From a virus (Duplodnaviria; Caudoviricetes), in the IMG/VR virus record IMGVR_UViG_3300030090_002418, positions 1-29,426 of that record: DNA of 29,426 nucleotides. One strand, written 5' to 3'. Every line of letters starts with the position of its first letter. Position 1 is the stretch's first letter. Under the pieces are notes generated by a model, which saw only the letters and a list, made by a program, of their open reading frames with translations, made no database searches and was not told where the DNA came from. The position numbers and the translations under genes are program-made. Of this stretch, positions 15,442 through 25,853 are shown in pieces.

Positions 15442-18400
15442 TGGCAGCTACAGTACAAACAATAGTAAAACCAACACGAGCTAGAGGATTAGATACTTCT
15501 GGTAACAAAAATCATGCACAATTATATTCAGGTAGAGCATTAGAGTTTGATGGTGTTACTGATTATTTAACCACTGGTTATGATTGGGCTGATGACTCTA
15601 TAACAGTTTGTGTTTGGGCTAAACATTTTGAAGATAGCGGCTCAAAAACAATTTTTGATACAAGACAAGCTAATGATTCAGGAATGGCGTTACGATTTTC
15701 TACTACTGAAAAATTAGACTTTTTTATAGATACTAGCGACATAAATTATAATGACTATACTTTTACTAATAGATGGGTTAGGATATGCGCTGTATATGAC
15801 AAATTAAATCAAAAACAAACCTTGTATATAAATGGTGTAAAAGTAGCAGAAAAGACTAGCGTAGATATGAGTGCAATCCCTGATTCGGCAACAACTAATG
15901 GTTGCACAATCGGAGCAAGGTCTATAACTGCTCATCAAAATTATTATAATGGATATTTGTCTGATTTACAAGCATGGAATGTACCTTTTTCTGCAGATGA
16001 CGCATTATACGATTATCTTAATCCAGAACAATTAGCATTAAATAGAGGTGGTACATCACTAACTAACTCTAATCTTAAACTATGGTACCCAATGAATGAA
16101 GGGCATAGAGGTAATCAGTCTTATGTACTTGATGCTTCTAATACAGGTGTTGGTGATGATATTGTAAACTGGAGTTCAACTTTTAATGCTAGTGGAACAT
16201 CAACTGATGATTTTGGTAGTTGGACTACTAATGCAAATGACTCTACTACATTTTGTACATTTGACCATGATAATAAAACTATAAGACTTAGAAGCACTGA
16301 CGGAACTCATTTACAAGCAAAATATAGTCCAAATATTATGCGAGAAGGTATAATGTATAAATTTGAATATACTGTAAGCAAATTAACATCAGGAAGTGTA
16401 AGAGTAAGGCCACAAGGTAATACAGACTACACAAATCATACAGAAGTTGGAACATATAGTTATATTACTACTCCTGCAAGCTCAAGTGATTTAGTCTTTC
16501 GAATAGAAAGAGGTTTAACTAGTGGAGCAAATGATTTTACTGTTAGTGATGTTAAGGTATACCCAATAAACAATAAATATAACGCAACAACTGTATTTTA
16601 TGGTGATGAACTAAATACAACTACAAATAATAGAACTTTTGCAGGTAGTGGTGATTGGGCAGCTTATAATGGTACAACAGTAGATGTAAATAGCACAGTT
16701 GCTGGTAAGATGCATATTACATTTGAGGGAGATGGTACATCACAAGGTGCGCAACTTACTATAGGAAATATGGGTGGCACAATAGTTGCTGGAAGAAAAT
16801 ATAGAATAGAAGCAGATTTAGATTATATTTCAGGAGCAGATACAGATATAAAAATTAAGTTTTGTATTGGAGGAACTAATGATGCTACTTGTGTAGTAAG
16901 CGCTACTGACGGAAGTCCTAGTGATGGTGGAATTACTACAACAGAAGAAACGTATTATTCTGAAGTTGTTGCTGCAAATAGTACAGGAGCGTTATTAATT
17001 TTAGCTAAATCTGCTGAAAATGATAATGCTTCAGACCCTGCTTTAATTACTGTTGATAATGTATCAGTTAAAGAAATAGGTATAGCATCAGGATGGACAG
17101 ATGCAGACCAACAACTTGATATACCTCAAACAGCTTTGCAATCTTATAATCAATTGACTTTTTTTGATGGAAAGGATAATTATTACCAAACTTCTTCTGA
17201 TATAACTCCTGGAGACCATACTTCGGTTTCATTTTGGGTTTTTATAAATCAAGGTGGAGCAGACGACTCTTATGGCTTACTTAGAGCAGGAACTTATGGA
17301 GACCAAAATTTTAGAATATTAGGTCAAACAGATAAAATAGATATTGTAACTTACAATGAAGATGAATCTACTGTAACTGAAACTCATAGTTTTGCTACAA
17401 CTGTTGAGTTAGGACAGTGGCATCATATAGCAGCTTATATACCAAGGCAGTCTGGAAATTCTGCTATTTTATATTTTAATGGACAAAAATTAACAACTGA
17501 TGCAATGGCTAGAGATATGAAAGTTGAAGCTCATAATTGGAGATTAGGTTTGGGTTATGGTATTACATATCAATATCTTCAAGGAGCTATGACAGAATTT
17601 AGTTATTTTAATGTAAAATTAACTGATGATGAGTTTTTAGAATTATACAATAACGGAAAAGTTCTTAATGCTTTAGACCATTCTCAAGCAGGCAATTTAG
17701 TGCATTATTGGAGAAACGAAGGTCTTGGTAATTGGAATGATTTAAAAGGCAGTAATAATTTAACTGCTGCTGGTTCTCCAACAGAAACAATGCTTATTAC
17801 AGCAGGTGTAGACAGTTCAAGAGATTCACAAGGGTTTTTTATGAATAGGCCAAGAACTACTAATAGTTTGAATAACAATACTATAATAGATGGAGATATT
17901 GATAGAGGTGCTTATAGTAAAGTAGAAACTCATCCACTTTATACAGGAAGTGTTGTAACAAATTATAGTATATCTTTTTGGATGAAAATAGGTATAAAAC
18001 CAAGTGATTTTTTATCTTCTGGTAATAGTTTTTCTTTATTTGATACTACAATATCTAATTCTATTAGAGCCTTTAGAGCAAGTTTAAATCATAATAATAT
18101 ATTATATATGTATACATACTATGGCACTTCTGCAGGTAATGAATCAGTTTATTGTGATTACGATTTAGACAGTTTAGGTGGTTCTATAGTAAACCCTCCA
18201 ACCGCAAGTAATAATGGAATTGGAGAAGCATTTGACCCAAATAAATGGTATCACGTTACCTGGACATTTGACCATGATAGAACTACAGGAAGTGGTAATG
18301 CAGACAATACAAATGCTGAAGACCATAATTTTACACCCTATTTTGTTTATATTAATGGAATACAGGTTGCTGCAGAAGGAAGAGAAGGGGCTAATTCAGC

Positions 18401-18599
18401 AATGACTACAGCTCGCTCTATGTTAAATTCAAATGTTCCTATGATAATAGGTTCCGATATGGCAACTGGTGGAAATCCTTCAGAAACAAGTTATCAAGAT
18501 TTTCCAGGTGAAATAGATGATGTATGTTTTTATTCAGATACATTGACAGATGAAGAAGTATTAAGAAATTATAACGCAGGTAAAAGGAGTCACAAATAA
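15441..18599 (+). CDS. large multi-LamG fibre/decoration protein, 1052 aa
   Basis: Three LamG-like units (ITVCVW..YING; SVSFWV..QWHHI..YFNG; SISFWM..KWYHV..YING..GEIDDV) plus two jelly-roll-like inserts. Confidence 0.8.
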   Translation: MAATVQTIVKPTRARGLDTSGNKNHAQLYSGRALEFDGVTDYLTTGYDWADDSITVCVWAKHFEDSGSKTIFDTRQANDSGMALRFSTTEKLDFFIDTSDINYNDYTFTNRWVRICAVYDKLNQKQTLYINGVKVAEKTSVDMSAIPDSATTNGCTIGARSITAHQNYYNGYLSDLQAWNVPFSADDALYDYLNPEQLALNRGGTSLTNSNLKLWYPMNEGHRGNQSYVLDASNTGVGDDIVNWSSTFNASGTSTDDFGSWTTNANDSTTFCTFDHDNKTIRLRSTDGTHLQAKYSPNIMREGIMYKFEYTVSKLTSGSVRVRPQGNTDYTNHTEVGTYSYITTPASSSDLVFRIERGLTSGANDFTVSDVKVYPINNKYNATTVFYGDELNTTTNNRTFAGSGDWAAYNGTTVDVNSTVAGKMHITFEGDGTSQGAQLTIGNMGGTIVAGRKYRIEADLDYISGADTDIKIKFCIGGTNDATCVVSATDGSPSDGGITTTEETYYSEVVAANSTGALLILAKSAENDNASDPALITVDNVSVKEIGIASGWTDADQQLDIPQTALQSYNQLTFFDGKDNYYQTSSDITPGDHTSVSFWVFINQGGADDSYGLLRAGTYGDQNFRILGQTDKIDIVTYNEDESTVTETHSFATTVELGQWHHIAAYIPRQSGNSAILYFNGQKLTTDAMARDMKVEAHNWRLGLGYGITYQYLQGAMTEFSYFNVKLTDDEFLELYNNGKVLNALDHSQAGNLVHYWRNEGLGNWNDLKGSNNLTAAGSPTETMLITAGVDSSRDSQGFFMNRPRTTNSLNNNTIIDGDIDRGAYSKVETHPLYTGSVVTNYSISFWMKIGIKPSDFLSSGNSFSLFDTTISNSIRAFRASLNHNNILYMYTYYGTSAGNESVYCDYDLDSLGGSIVNPPTASNNGIGEAFDPNKWYHVTWTFDHDRTTGSGNADNTNAEDHNFTPYFVYINGIQVAAEGREGANSAMTTARSMLNSNVPMIIGSDMATGGNPSETSYQDFPGEIDDVCFYSDTLTDEEVLRNYNAGKRSHK

Positions 18600-18952
18600 T
18601 GGCACATTATGAAATGTATTTTTGTATACCTAGCAGTGCATTTAATAGTGCTGTAGGTGACAAAATAAAAGGGTTATACCCTATAGTAGAATCAGTAAAT
18701 GAAGAAACTGAAGAAATAACTTATATGTCAGCACCTACATGGAATGATATTATAATGGCAGGTAAAGTAGGGCCACCTAGATATTCACATGATAAATCTT
18801 ATGTTATTATAAAAGGTGAATGGTCTATGAAAGATGGTGTACTTACAGAGCTTATAGAGCTAGGTTATGGGTTAGACTATCCTAACTTTACAGTTTTAAC
18901 TAAAACAGAAGCACAAGCATTAGTAGTAAGTAGTACATTTACAGGAGAGTAG
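18599..18952 (+). CDS. hypothetical protein coupled to the LamG gene
   Basis: SD AAGGAG; TAATG overlap. Confidence 0.75.
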   Translation: MAHYEMYFCIPSSAFNSAVGDKIKGLYPIVESVNEETEEITYMSAPTWNDIIMAGKVGPPRYSHDKSYVIIKGEWSMKDGVLTELIELGYGLDYPNFTVLTKTEAQALVVSSTFTGE

Positions 18953-18985
18953 TATGTATAAAATAATTGGGAGAACTAAAATATA

Positions 18986-19183
18986 ATGGCTATATTTATA
19001 TACTGTGAAGACTGCGATAAAACGGTAGAACCAGGCAGTTGTAAGCATAAAAAAAATTTTAAAACAAGCTCTGAAAAAATGAGTAATTATATAAATATGA
19101 GAAAAACTTGGAGTGGGCAAACTAAAGTAGAGTTTAGCACAACAACTATGGACCAAGATATAGCAGATAGGAATAATAGATAG
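18986..19183 (+). CDS. small hypothetical protein with CxxC..CxH
   Basis: ORF track; GGGAG upstream. Confidence 0.65.
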   Translation: MAIFIYCEDCDKTVEPGSCKHKKNFKTSSEKMSNYINMRKTWSGQTKVEFSTTTMDQDIADRNNR

Positions 19184-19830
19184 TGGCAACATTTAATGCA
19201 CAATTACAAGACTTAGTAGGAGAAGCAATATCAACAGATACTGATGCTATGGACCAATTTTTAAGAGATGGTCTTAAACAGCTGTATAATGTTTTGCCTC
19301 CTGATAAACTATTAGAGTGTGTTACACATACAGAGCTTAGTAATTCACCTTCTACACTTGCATTAAATACAAACACTATTGGCCCTATAATGGCTGTAAC
19401 AAGAAAAGATTCAAAAGGGTTTAATCAAATATGTAGACAAGTATCTCCTATGTTAGCATCTAGAGTTACAGATACAAATGATTTAATGCATGCAAAAGAA
19501 ACAGACCCAGTATATTTTATTAAAAACTCTGTACTTAATGTGTTTCCAGACCCTACTGCTGGGCAAACTGCAGAAGTATTATATTTACCACTTACGCAGA
19601 TAGCAAATGGTGATGAGGCTATAGTTAATTTATCTAATGATATGGAATATGCTGTAGTTTTATACGCTGCAATTAAAATGGCTGAATATTTACTTGCTTC
19701 AGAAGAAGACACAGAGCTTTATGTTCCTATGATTACAGCATTAAAACAAGACTATGCACAAGCAATTCAAACTATGGGTGCAAATCAACCTCAAAGACAA
19801 GTAGCTGCAGGAGGTGAACGTGAAGGTTAA
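19183..19830 (+). CDS. head-tail adaptor/ring-like protein
   Basis: N-terminal helices, DPVYFIKNSVLNVFPDP strand motif, C-terminal EYAVVLYAAIK helix; position. Confidence 0.6.
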   Translation: MATFNAQLQDLVGEAISTDTDAMDQFLRDGLKQLYNVLPPDKLLECVTHTELSNSPSTLALNTNTIGPIMAVTRKDSKGFNQICRQVSPMLASRVTDTNDLMHAKETDPVYFIKNSVLNVFPDPTAGQTAEVLYLPLTQIANGDEAIVNLSNDMEYAVVLYAAIKMAEYLLASEEDTELYVPMITALKQDYAQAIQTMGANQPQRQVAAGGEREG

Positions 19831-20125
19831 AGAATTAATACAACAAATAGAATATACAATGGGAAGGCAACCCGAACAGTATATGATTCAACTTATAAAT
19901 GACGCATTAATGGATATGTCAGGCAAAGTACAACATTATACTACAGAAAAAATACAAAATTTAAATTCAAAACAAAGATGGTATAAATTAGATGACTCTG
20001 TTATAGATATAACAAGAGTTGAAATTTTAGATAACAATGATAGATATGTGAAGGTGCCTATGTTGGCAGACTCGCATAAATTATTAAAGGATGATACAGA
20101 CGAAACGTCTGATTCATTAAAATAG
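19820..20125 (+). CDS. adaptor-like protein, N-terminal half (probable start GTG 19820)
   Basis: SD GGAGGTG; VKELIQQI..LINDAL..QRWYKLDDSVIDITRVEI pattern. Confidence 0.55.
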   Translation: MKVKELIQQIEYTMGRQPEQYMIQLINDALMDMSGKVQHYTTEKIQNLNSKQRWYKLDDSVIDITRVEILDNNDRYVKVPMLADSHKLLKDDTDETSDSLK

Positions 20126-20134
20126 GAGTAAAAA

Positions 20135-20611
20135 ATGGCAAGTACAGTAACAGCCTCAACAATGACAGTTACAATATCTGAGTCAATAACATTAAATGGT
20201 AAAAACCAAGGTGGCACACAAACTTTATCAATCCCTTCAGTTAATGAAGTTTTAAATCATATTGTTTCATGCACAACTGACAAAAATGAAGTTTTAGGTT
20301 TTATAGCTTCTGGAACAGCTAAAGGTAGTTTTTTAGAAGCAAATGTTAGATATATGCGCTTCACTAATCTTGATGATGCAAATCATGTTGTTTTATTTTT
20401 TACAAATGAAAGCGATGATGAAGTTGCAATTAAATTAGATTATGGACAATCTTTTATATGGAATGGAGATTTATCAGGTGGAGTTGTTGATACTATGGAT
20501 GCAAATAGTGCAGGAGCTGCATCATCAGGGCAATTAGCTGACATAACAAAAGTTTCAATCCAGGCAGACACTGCTACAGTTGATGTTCAAATTTTTGTTG
20601 CATCAGCATAG
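20135..20611 (+). CDS. beta-rich probable structural protein, 158 aa
   Basis: SD AGGAG; YMRFTNLDD motif. Confidence 0.7.
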   Translation: MASTVTASTMTVTISESITLNGKNQGGTQTLSIPSVNEVLNHIVSCTTDKNEVLGFIASGTAKGSFLEANVRYMRFTNLDDANHVVLFFTNESDDEVAIKLDYGQSFIWNGDLSGGVVDTMDANSAGAASSGQLADITKVSIQADTATVDVQIFVASA

Positions 20612-20619
20612 GAGCATAA

Positions 20620-21027
20620 ATGGCTACAGATAAAAGAAGTTATCCAAATAGTTATTTTGCATGGTATAATGACGATGAAAGATTAGCTTTAGTATGTAAA
20701 GTTATATCTAATGATGTTAGCGACACAACTGAAACTACAATAGATAAGTATGATACGTATTCTGGTAGTAGTGTTACAGGCGGTCTACGTATACATACTC
20801 ATTCTAAATATGGCAAAGTAGAAGAATTAACAGATGATTTAAAAGCTAACTCTGGATTAGATACCTCATTACATTCTTCAATAATAGATTATGTAAAGTC
20901 TAGACTATTAGAAGATATGGGTGATTTACAAAGAGCTGGATATTATAGAAACAAATATGAGAGAACTATTAAAAGATACCCTCATAGAAAAAGTGGAGTA
21001 AGAGCTTTATCAGTTCCTAGAATGTAA
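20620..21027 (+). CDS. adaptor-like protein, C-terminal half
   Basis: SD AGGAG; LHSSIIDYVKSRLLEDMGD..AGYYRNKYE C-terminal helices. Confidence 0.55.
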   Translation: MATDKRSYPNSYFAWYNDDERLALVCKVISNDVSDTTETTIDKYDTYSGSSVTGGLRIHTHSKYGKVEELTDDLKANSGLDTSLHSSIIDYVKSRLLEDMGDLQRAGYYRNKYERTIKRYPHRKSGVRALSVPRM

Positions 21028-21028
21028 G

Positions 21029-21328
21029 ATGGATATACTAAATGTTATAGAACAGTTTGGAGTGCCAGTTGCAATGACAATGGCATTTGGTTTTTTTATA
21101 TGGAAACAAAATAACTGGATTCAAGATGATTTAAAAAAAGATTTAGACGAAGCTAATGATAGGTTTGAAGGTATTGTTATAAAGCTTATAGATTCGCAAA
21201 AACAGATGCAATTAGAGCAAAAAGATATTAAAGCAAGCTATAGAGCAATTGTAGAAATACTTGCTGCATTAAGCGGTAATGGGCTTAAAGAAAAATTTTT
21301 AAGAAACAGAAATTACGAACAACACTAG
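21029..21328 (+). CDS. holin-like single-TM protein (BhlA/UviB-like pattern)
   Basis: IEQFGVPVAMTMAFGFFIWK then a coiled coil. Confidence 0.55.
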   Translation: MDILNVIEQFGVPVAMTMAFGFFIWKQNNWIQDDLKKDLDEANDRFEGIVIKLIDSQKQMQLEQKDIKASYRAIVEILAALSGNGLKEKFLRNRNYEQH

Positions 21329-21336
21329 GAGATATT

Positions 21337-21666
21337 ATGCCATACGGTGAAGGTACATATGGGTCTAAAGTAGGAAGACCTAAAAAGAAAAAAAGAACTA
21401 CAGTTCAAAAAGGTAAAATGCCTAAAGTTAAAACTGACTTAAAAGGAACAGCTGTAGATAAAGTTATAAGTCCTACTGCAAAAGGTCTTAAAAAAAGTGG
21501 CAAAGCGATTAAAGAAATTGCAAAAAACATTGGTAAAAAAGCTAATAAAGCCATGAAAGAAAATCAAAAAGTAGTTGGAGCTGCTGCGCTAGGTGGCATT
21601 ATGGGAAGTGCTATGGCAACTAGAGATGCAAGAAAGCGTTCAAAAAATAAAAGAGGACCAAAATAA
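21337..21666 (+). CDS. highly basic protein (MPYGxGTYGSKVGRP family)
   Basis: SD AGGAG; Lys-rich. Confidence 0.75.
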   Translation: MPYGEGTYGSKVGRPKKKKRTTVQKGKMPKVKTDLKGTAVDKVISPTAKGLKKSGKAIKEIAKNIGKKANKAMKENQKVVGAAALGGIMGSAMATRDARKRSKNKRGPK

Positions 21667-21696
21667 ATAATTAATTAAATAACAAAGGAGTTATTA

Positions 21697-21882
21697 ATGT
21701 CAGGATTTGGTAAAATAGTTGCTGGATATATATTCAATGACGAAATGAAAGAAAAAATGATTAACAAAATGAATGAGAATGTAGACATTCCATTTATATC
21801 AGAAAAAACAGAAGCTAAAATATTAGACGCTATCTGGGATTCTGTTGAAGAAGTAGTTAAGGAAGCTTTAATAGAAGACTAG
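21697..21882 (+). CDS. small acidic hypothetical protein
   Basis: SD AAGGAG; NENVDIPFISEKTE motif. Confidence 0.75.
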   Translation: MSGFGKIVAGYIFNDEMKEKMINKMNENVDIPFISEKTEAKILDAIWDSVEEVVKEALIED

Positions 21883-24800
21883 ATGCCTAAACAAGTATAC
21901 CATATAAAATCTTTTGATGGTGGTATTAATAAAAAGGCTGACCCAAGAGACATAGAAAATGACGAGTTAGTAGAAGTTACTAACGCTAGCGTTTCTAATG
22001 TAGGTAGAATAACTATGTCAGGTGACGGTAAATCTGCTTTTGCAACCGTAAACGCAAAAAATGTTTTAGTTAGCCCTACTAGCTCAATAGAAGACCAAAA
22101 TCATCATAACAATGAAACGCCCATAGCATCAGGACATGGGCTATTTTCATTTATGCATGACTATAGTTTTGATAATACTAATGATGACACAGAGCCTCAA
22201 GAAATAACTACAGAGTTTATTTGTATTAATGATGGGGCAGATATAGATGTATGGACGGATATAGATGATGGTCAATATGGACATTGGAAAAACAATTTAA
22301 TATCTATGGGTTCTGTACATAATACTGGAACAGATGGTACAAGTGAAAACTTATTAGATGTAAAAGTTGTAAAACCTGTTTATTATAAAGCAGATAATGG
22401 ATTAAGAGTTTGCGATGGTAATTTTGGCGAAGAATTAACTGCTCAAACTACAAATGAAATAGTAGATGAAGAAAATGAAGTAAGTATAAATGTTACAGGT
22501 ACAGGTACAAATTTTATTGTAGGCGAGTATATTAGAATTAATTCAGAAGTAATGAAAGTAAATACTACAGGCGCTTCATCAATATCTGTTATTAGAGCTA
22601 GGTTTTCAACTAAAACTGAAAAACATGCTAATGGTGACAATATTTACAGAATAAACGTACCTAAAATATTTACTCACATTAAACGTCCTATGCTTAAAAA
22701 AGCTGGGGCCAATACAAGCATCAATAGGTGGGTGCAAGATATACAAGTTCCAGAAGCTCCTGAGTATGATGCGCTAACTGTATTTAAATCAAACATTATA
22801 GGATATGATGGAAGTAAAATATTAAATGGAAGTTTATATCCAGCCAAACCTGAAAGAGTTAATCTTGGTGTATCATTAAATACCGTAGAAACTAATTCAA
22901 CTTTAAGATTTCATGTTGGAGATACTGTATCTTCAGATACAACTAGCACCCAAACGGTTGTTACAATTACTTTAGCTAGTGAGGCAGATAATACAACTGA
23001 AGTAGATGTTACAAATGCAACTTATAATTTTGCTATTGGTAAGTTTATATCAATAGATGGAGCAACTGGAGAAGGTGCCGCACTAAATGGTGTGCATGAA
23101 ATTGTAGGATTTGGTGACGGTACAGGAGAAGTTAAAATTGCTGCAGACTTAGACACTGTTGGGTATACACAGACTGGTGATGAAGTTGTGATATTAGAAG
23201 ATGAACTTATAGATGATAATTTAAAAAATAGATATATATTTGGAATGTCGTTTTTATATGATGGTGGTGGCTCTACACTGCAAGAGTCAAGAGTTACTAC
23301 AGGACTTACTAGTAACGCTCCTAATTTAATAGGCTTAGATAGCACATTTCCTGGAGTTGCTACCAGTGGTGCTAGATGGCGTACTATAGCTGGAAGTGGC
23401 GATAATATGACTGGAAGCCCTTCTGATTTAGCTAAGGGAAGCACTACAAATAGTTTTGAATTTAAAAATCCTGGAACAGTTATTTCTAATTCTAATAGAG
23501 ATTGGATATTTTATGAAGCTGATACAGATGTTGTAGACACTAGCACTGAATATTATATATCAGGCTCACTTACTTATACTAATAAAGGAGAAACAACTGA
23601 GGATATAAAGATTTACGTTGGAATAGGTCCTACTGAGCTTTCAGCCGCAGGAACACCTTTAACAGTTTCTGCACCATCTTCTAGTTTTTCAGGATTAATT
23701 GAGTTTTCTGGAACAGCTACATCACACTCAAGTGTAGACGCTACAGTTCCAGTAGCTATACAAGTTAGAAATGCTGCAGGTGGCGGTGGTGAACTAGTTA
23801 CTTTACACTCTATAAGTGTAACTAAAAAGAATTTAGAAATAATGTCAGCAGATAATTCATTTGATTTTAGACAGGTAAAAGATGTGGCAAAATCATATTT
23901 AATGTTTTTGTGTAACAATTCTAAGTCTGGTAATTTTAATGATATTACTCCAAATAATTCATGGAATGAACGTATAGAAGGTTTTAGAATATATATGAAG
24001 CAAGTAGACATTATTGGAGGCGGGCTTGCTGATGAGTGGACAATGTTATATGATGTAGACCTAAAAGAGGGTACATACATTATGCACGCAAAAGATAGTG
24101 ACTTAGAAGAATTAAGACTTGGAGATATTAATACACACGCTTGGAACGCAACCAACACTACTATTGACCAAAGAGCGCTTGTAACAACTAATGTTAAAGG
24201 CGATTCTATTAAAACACCTCCACTTATTACATATGAATCAGAAAACGGGTATAAATTTGACACAAATTTAGCAGCAAGATATAAATGTGCAACTGTTGTC
24301 GATAGAAAAGTGTATATAGGTAATTTAAAAATTGGTGACAAAACATTTCCAGACAGAATGTTACGTTCAGATACAGACAAGTTTGACACATTCCCAGATG
24401 ATGGCACACACTTTATTGATGTAGCTACATCTGACGGTGAAAGTATTATAGCACTAGAATCTGTAGGGGACAAATTAATACAGTATAAAGAAAAAACTGC
24501 ATACGTTATTAAGGTAACATCTGAAGGTGAAGAGCTTGTAGCTACATTTTCTGGAGCGGGTGTAAAAAACTCATGTCAAATAGCAAAGTCTAGTGACGGT
24601 ATATATTGGGTAAATTCTAATGGTATATATTATTATGACGGTGAAAAATTAAGTAATGTAAGTAAAGATAAATTTAACATTAACAACTGGATTACAAGCG
24701 AAGATTTTAAAAAGCCTGTAATTGTAGGTTATGATAAACATTCTAATAAAATTATTATACTAACTACAAATGCATCAGGAGCTGAATCTAGTGGATATAT

Positions 24801-24909
24801 ATACGACATAAACAATGGAGCTATAACACAACATGACAATTTGTTTAATTGGTATGCTTTATCTAACCCATCTGATGTAATAATTGGTAATACAGAAAGC
24901 GAGTTATAA
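21883..24909 (+). CDS. tail nozzle / tail tubular B-like (P22 gp10-like) protein with inserted domains
   Basis: N-terminal FDGGIN..DPRDI..E motif; C-terminal beta-propeller-like blades (GESIIAL, GIYWVNSNGIYYYDG, YIYDI). Confidence 0.65.
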   Translation: MPKQVYHIKSFDGGINKKADPRDIENDELVEVTNASVSNVGRITMSGDGKSAFATVNAKNVLVSPTSSIEDQNHHNNETPIASGHGLFSFMHDYSFDNTNDDTEPQEITTEFICINDGADIDVWTDIDDGQYGHWKNNLISMGSVHNTGTDGTSENLLDVKVVKPVYYKADNGLRVCDGNFGEELTAQTTNEIVDEENEVSINVTGTGTNFIVGEYIRINSEVMKVNTTGASSISVIRARFSTKTEKHANGDNIYRINVPKIFTHIKRPMLKKAGANTSINRWVQDIQVPEAPEYDALTVFKSNIIGYDGSKILNGSLYPAKPERVNLGVSLNTVETNSTLRFHVGDTVSSDTTSTQTVVTITLASEADNTTEVDVTNATYNFAIGKFISIDGATGEGAALNGVHEIVGFGDGTGEVKIAADLDTVGYTQTGDEVVILEDELIDDNLKNRYIFGMSFLYDGGGSTLQESRVTTGLTSNAPNLIGLDSTFPGVATSGARWRTIAGSGDNMTGSPSDLAKGSTTNSFEFKNPGTVISNSNRDWIFYEADTDVVDTSTEYYISGSLTYTNKGETTEDIKIYVGIGPTELSAAGTPLTVSAPSSSFSGLIEFSGTATSHSSVDATVPVAIQVRNAAGGGGELVTLHSISVTKKNLEIMSADNSFDFRQVKDVAKSYLMFLCNNSKSGNFNDITPNNSWNERIEGFRIYMKQVDIIGGGLADEWTMLYDVDLKEGTYIMHAKDSDLEELRLGDINTHAWNATNTTIDQRALVTTNVKGDSIKTPPLITYESENGYKFDTNLAARYKCATVVDRKVYIGNLKIGDKTFPDRMLRSDTDKFDTFPDDGTHFIDVATSDGESIIALESVGDKLIQYKEKTAYVIKVTSEGEELVATFSGAGVKNSCQIAKSSDGIYWVNSNGIYYYDGEKLSNVSKDKFNINNWITSEDFKKPVIVGYDKHSNKIIILTTNASGAESSGYIYDINNGAITQHDNLFNWYALSNPSDVIIGNTESEL

Positions 24910-25853
24910 TGGCAAGTAATGAAGAATCAAATAAACCATTTAATTCACTGAGGTTAAATACTCCTGTATTAGACCCAAGTTCTAGACCAACTACTGGTCC
25001 CGCAGCAGCATCAACTATACCAGGAGAGCCACTTGTATTGCAACAAGGAGGAAGTGACGCTAATATTCCTGAAACATCTAATAATATATTCAGAAGTAAT
25101 ATGATTATGTCTAACAATGGTGGTTTAATTATGTACACTGAAACAGACCAGGCTTTAAATTTAGGTAGCGTATCTGTATGGGATGATTCACCAAGAGATT
25201 TGTGGAACCACACAAAAGCTGCAGAAAAATTTAAAGTTAGAACAAAAGATTTTGATTTAACAAGAACTGTTACTGGTCAAAGTACTTACTCTGGCCCTAG
25301 TAGAAGAAAAAAGATTTATAAAATATATGTAACATTTAAGTGTCAAAGTTATGTGTCAGGAATTAAAGTAAACTACGCAATTAATGGTTCTAATAGCTTT
25401 ACAGGAACATTTCAAGATACTACATATTACAGTAATGCTAAAGGTTTTGATGCTTATAACGCTGGAACAAGTAGTAGTCAGTGGATAACAGTAGGACTAA
25501 AGCCAACAGCTAGCATTAATAATGTGTACTCAATAGCATTACAGTTTAGTTATGCAGATGCAGGGCAAGTTCAAAAAATAGCTGCGCAACCATCTTCTAC
25601 ACAAATTACATTAACAGGCAGCTCAAGTACAGATGATTACTATAATGGTATGCCTGTATTTTTTTATAGTGGCCCTGGCCAAGGGCAAATAAGAAGAGTT
25701 ATTGATTATGTTGGCAGCTCTAAAGTTGCTACATTAAATTCAGCATTATCTACAAATGTAACTACATCAACTGCATATGATTTAGGGTATATACATTCAT
25801 CATTCCAAATAAACGATATAAGCATAGTATACAGAGAAAAAAGTATTAAATAA
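24909..25853 (+). CDS. tail protein resembling the C-terminal domain of nozzle proteins
   Basis: RTKDFD..RRKKIYKIYVTFK and FQINDISIVYREK motifs; TAATG overlap. Confidence 0.55.
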   Translation: MASNEESNKPFNSLRLNTPVLDPSSRPTTGPAAASTIPGEPLVLQQGGSDANIPETSNNIFRSNMIMSNNGGLIMYTETDQALNLGSVSVWDDSPRDLWNHTKAAEKFKVRTKDFDLTRTVTGQSTYSGPSRRKKIYKIYVTFKCQSYVSGIKVNYAINGSNSFTGTFQDTTYYSNAKGFDAYNAGTSSSQWITVGLKPTASINNVYSIALQFSYADAGQVQKIAAQPSSTQITLTGSSSTDDYYNGMPVFFYSGPGQGQIRRVIDYVGSSKVATLNSALSTNVTTSTAYDLGYIHSSFQINDISIVYREKSIK

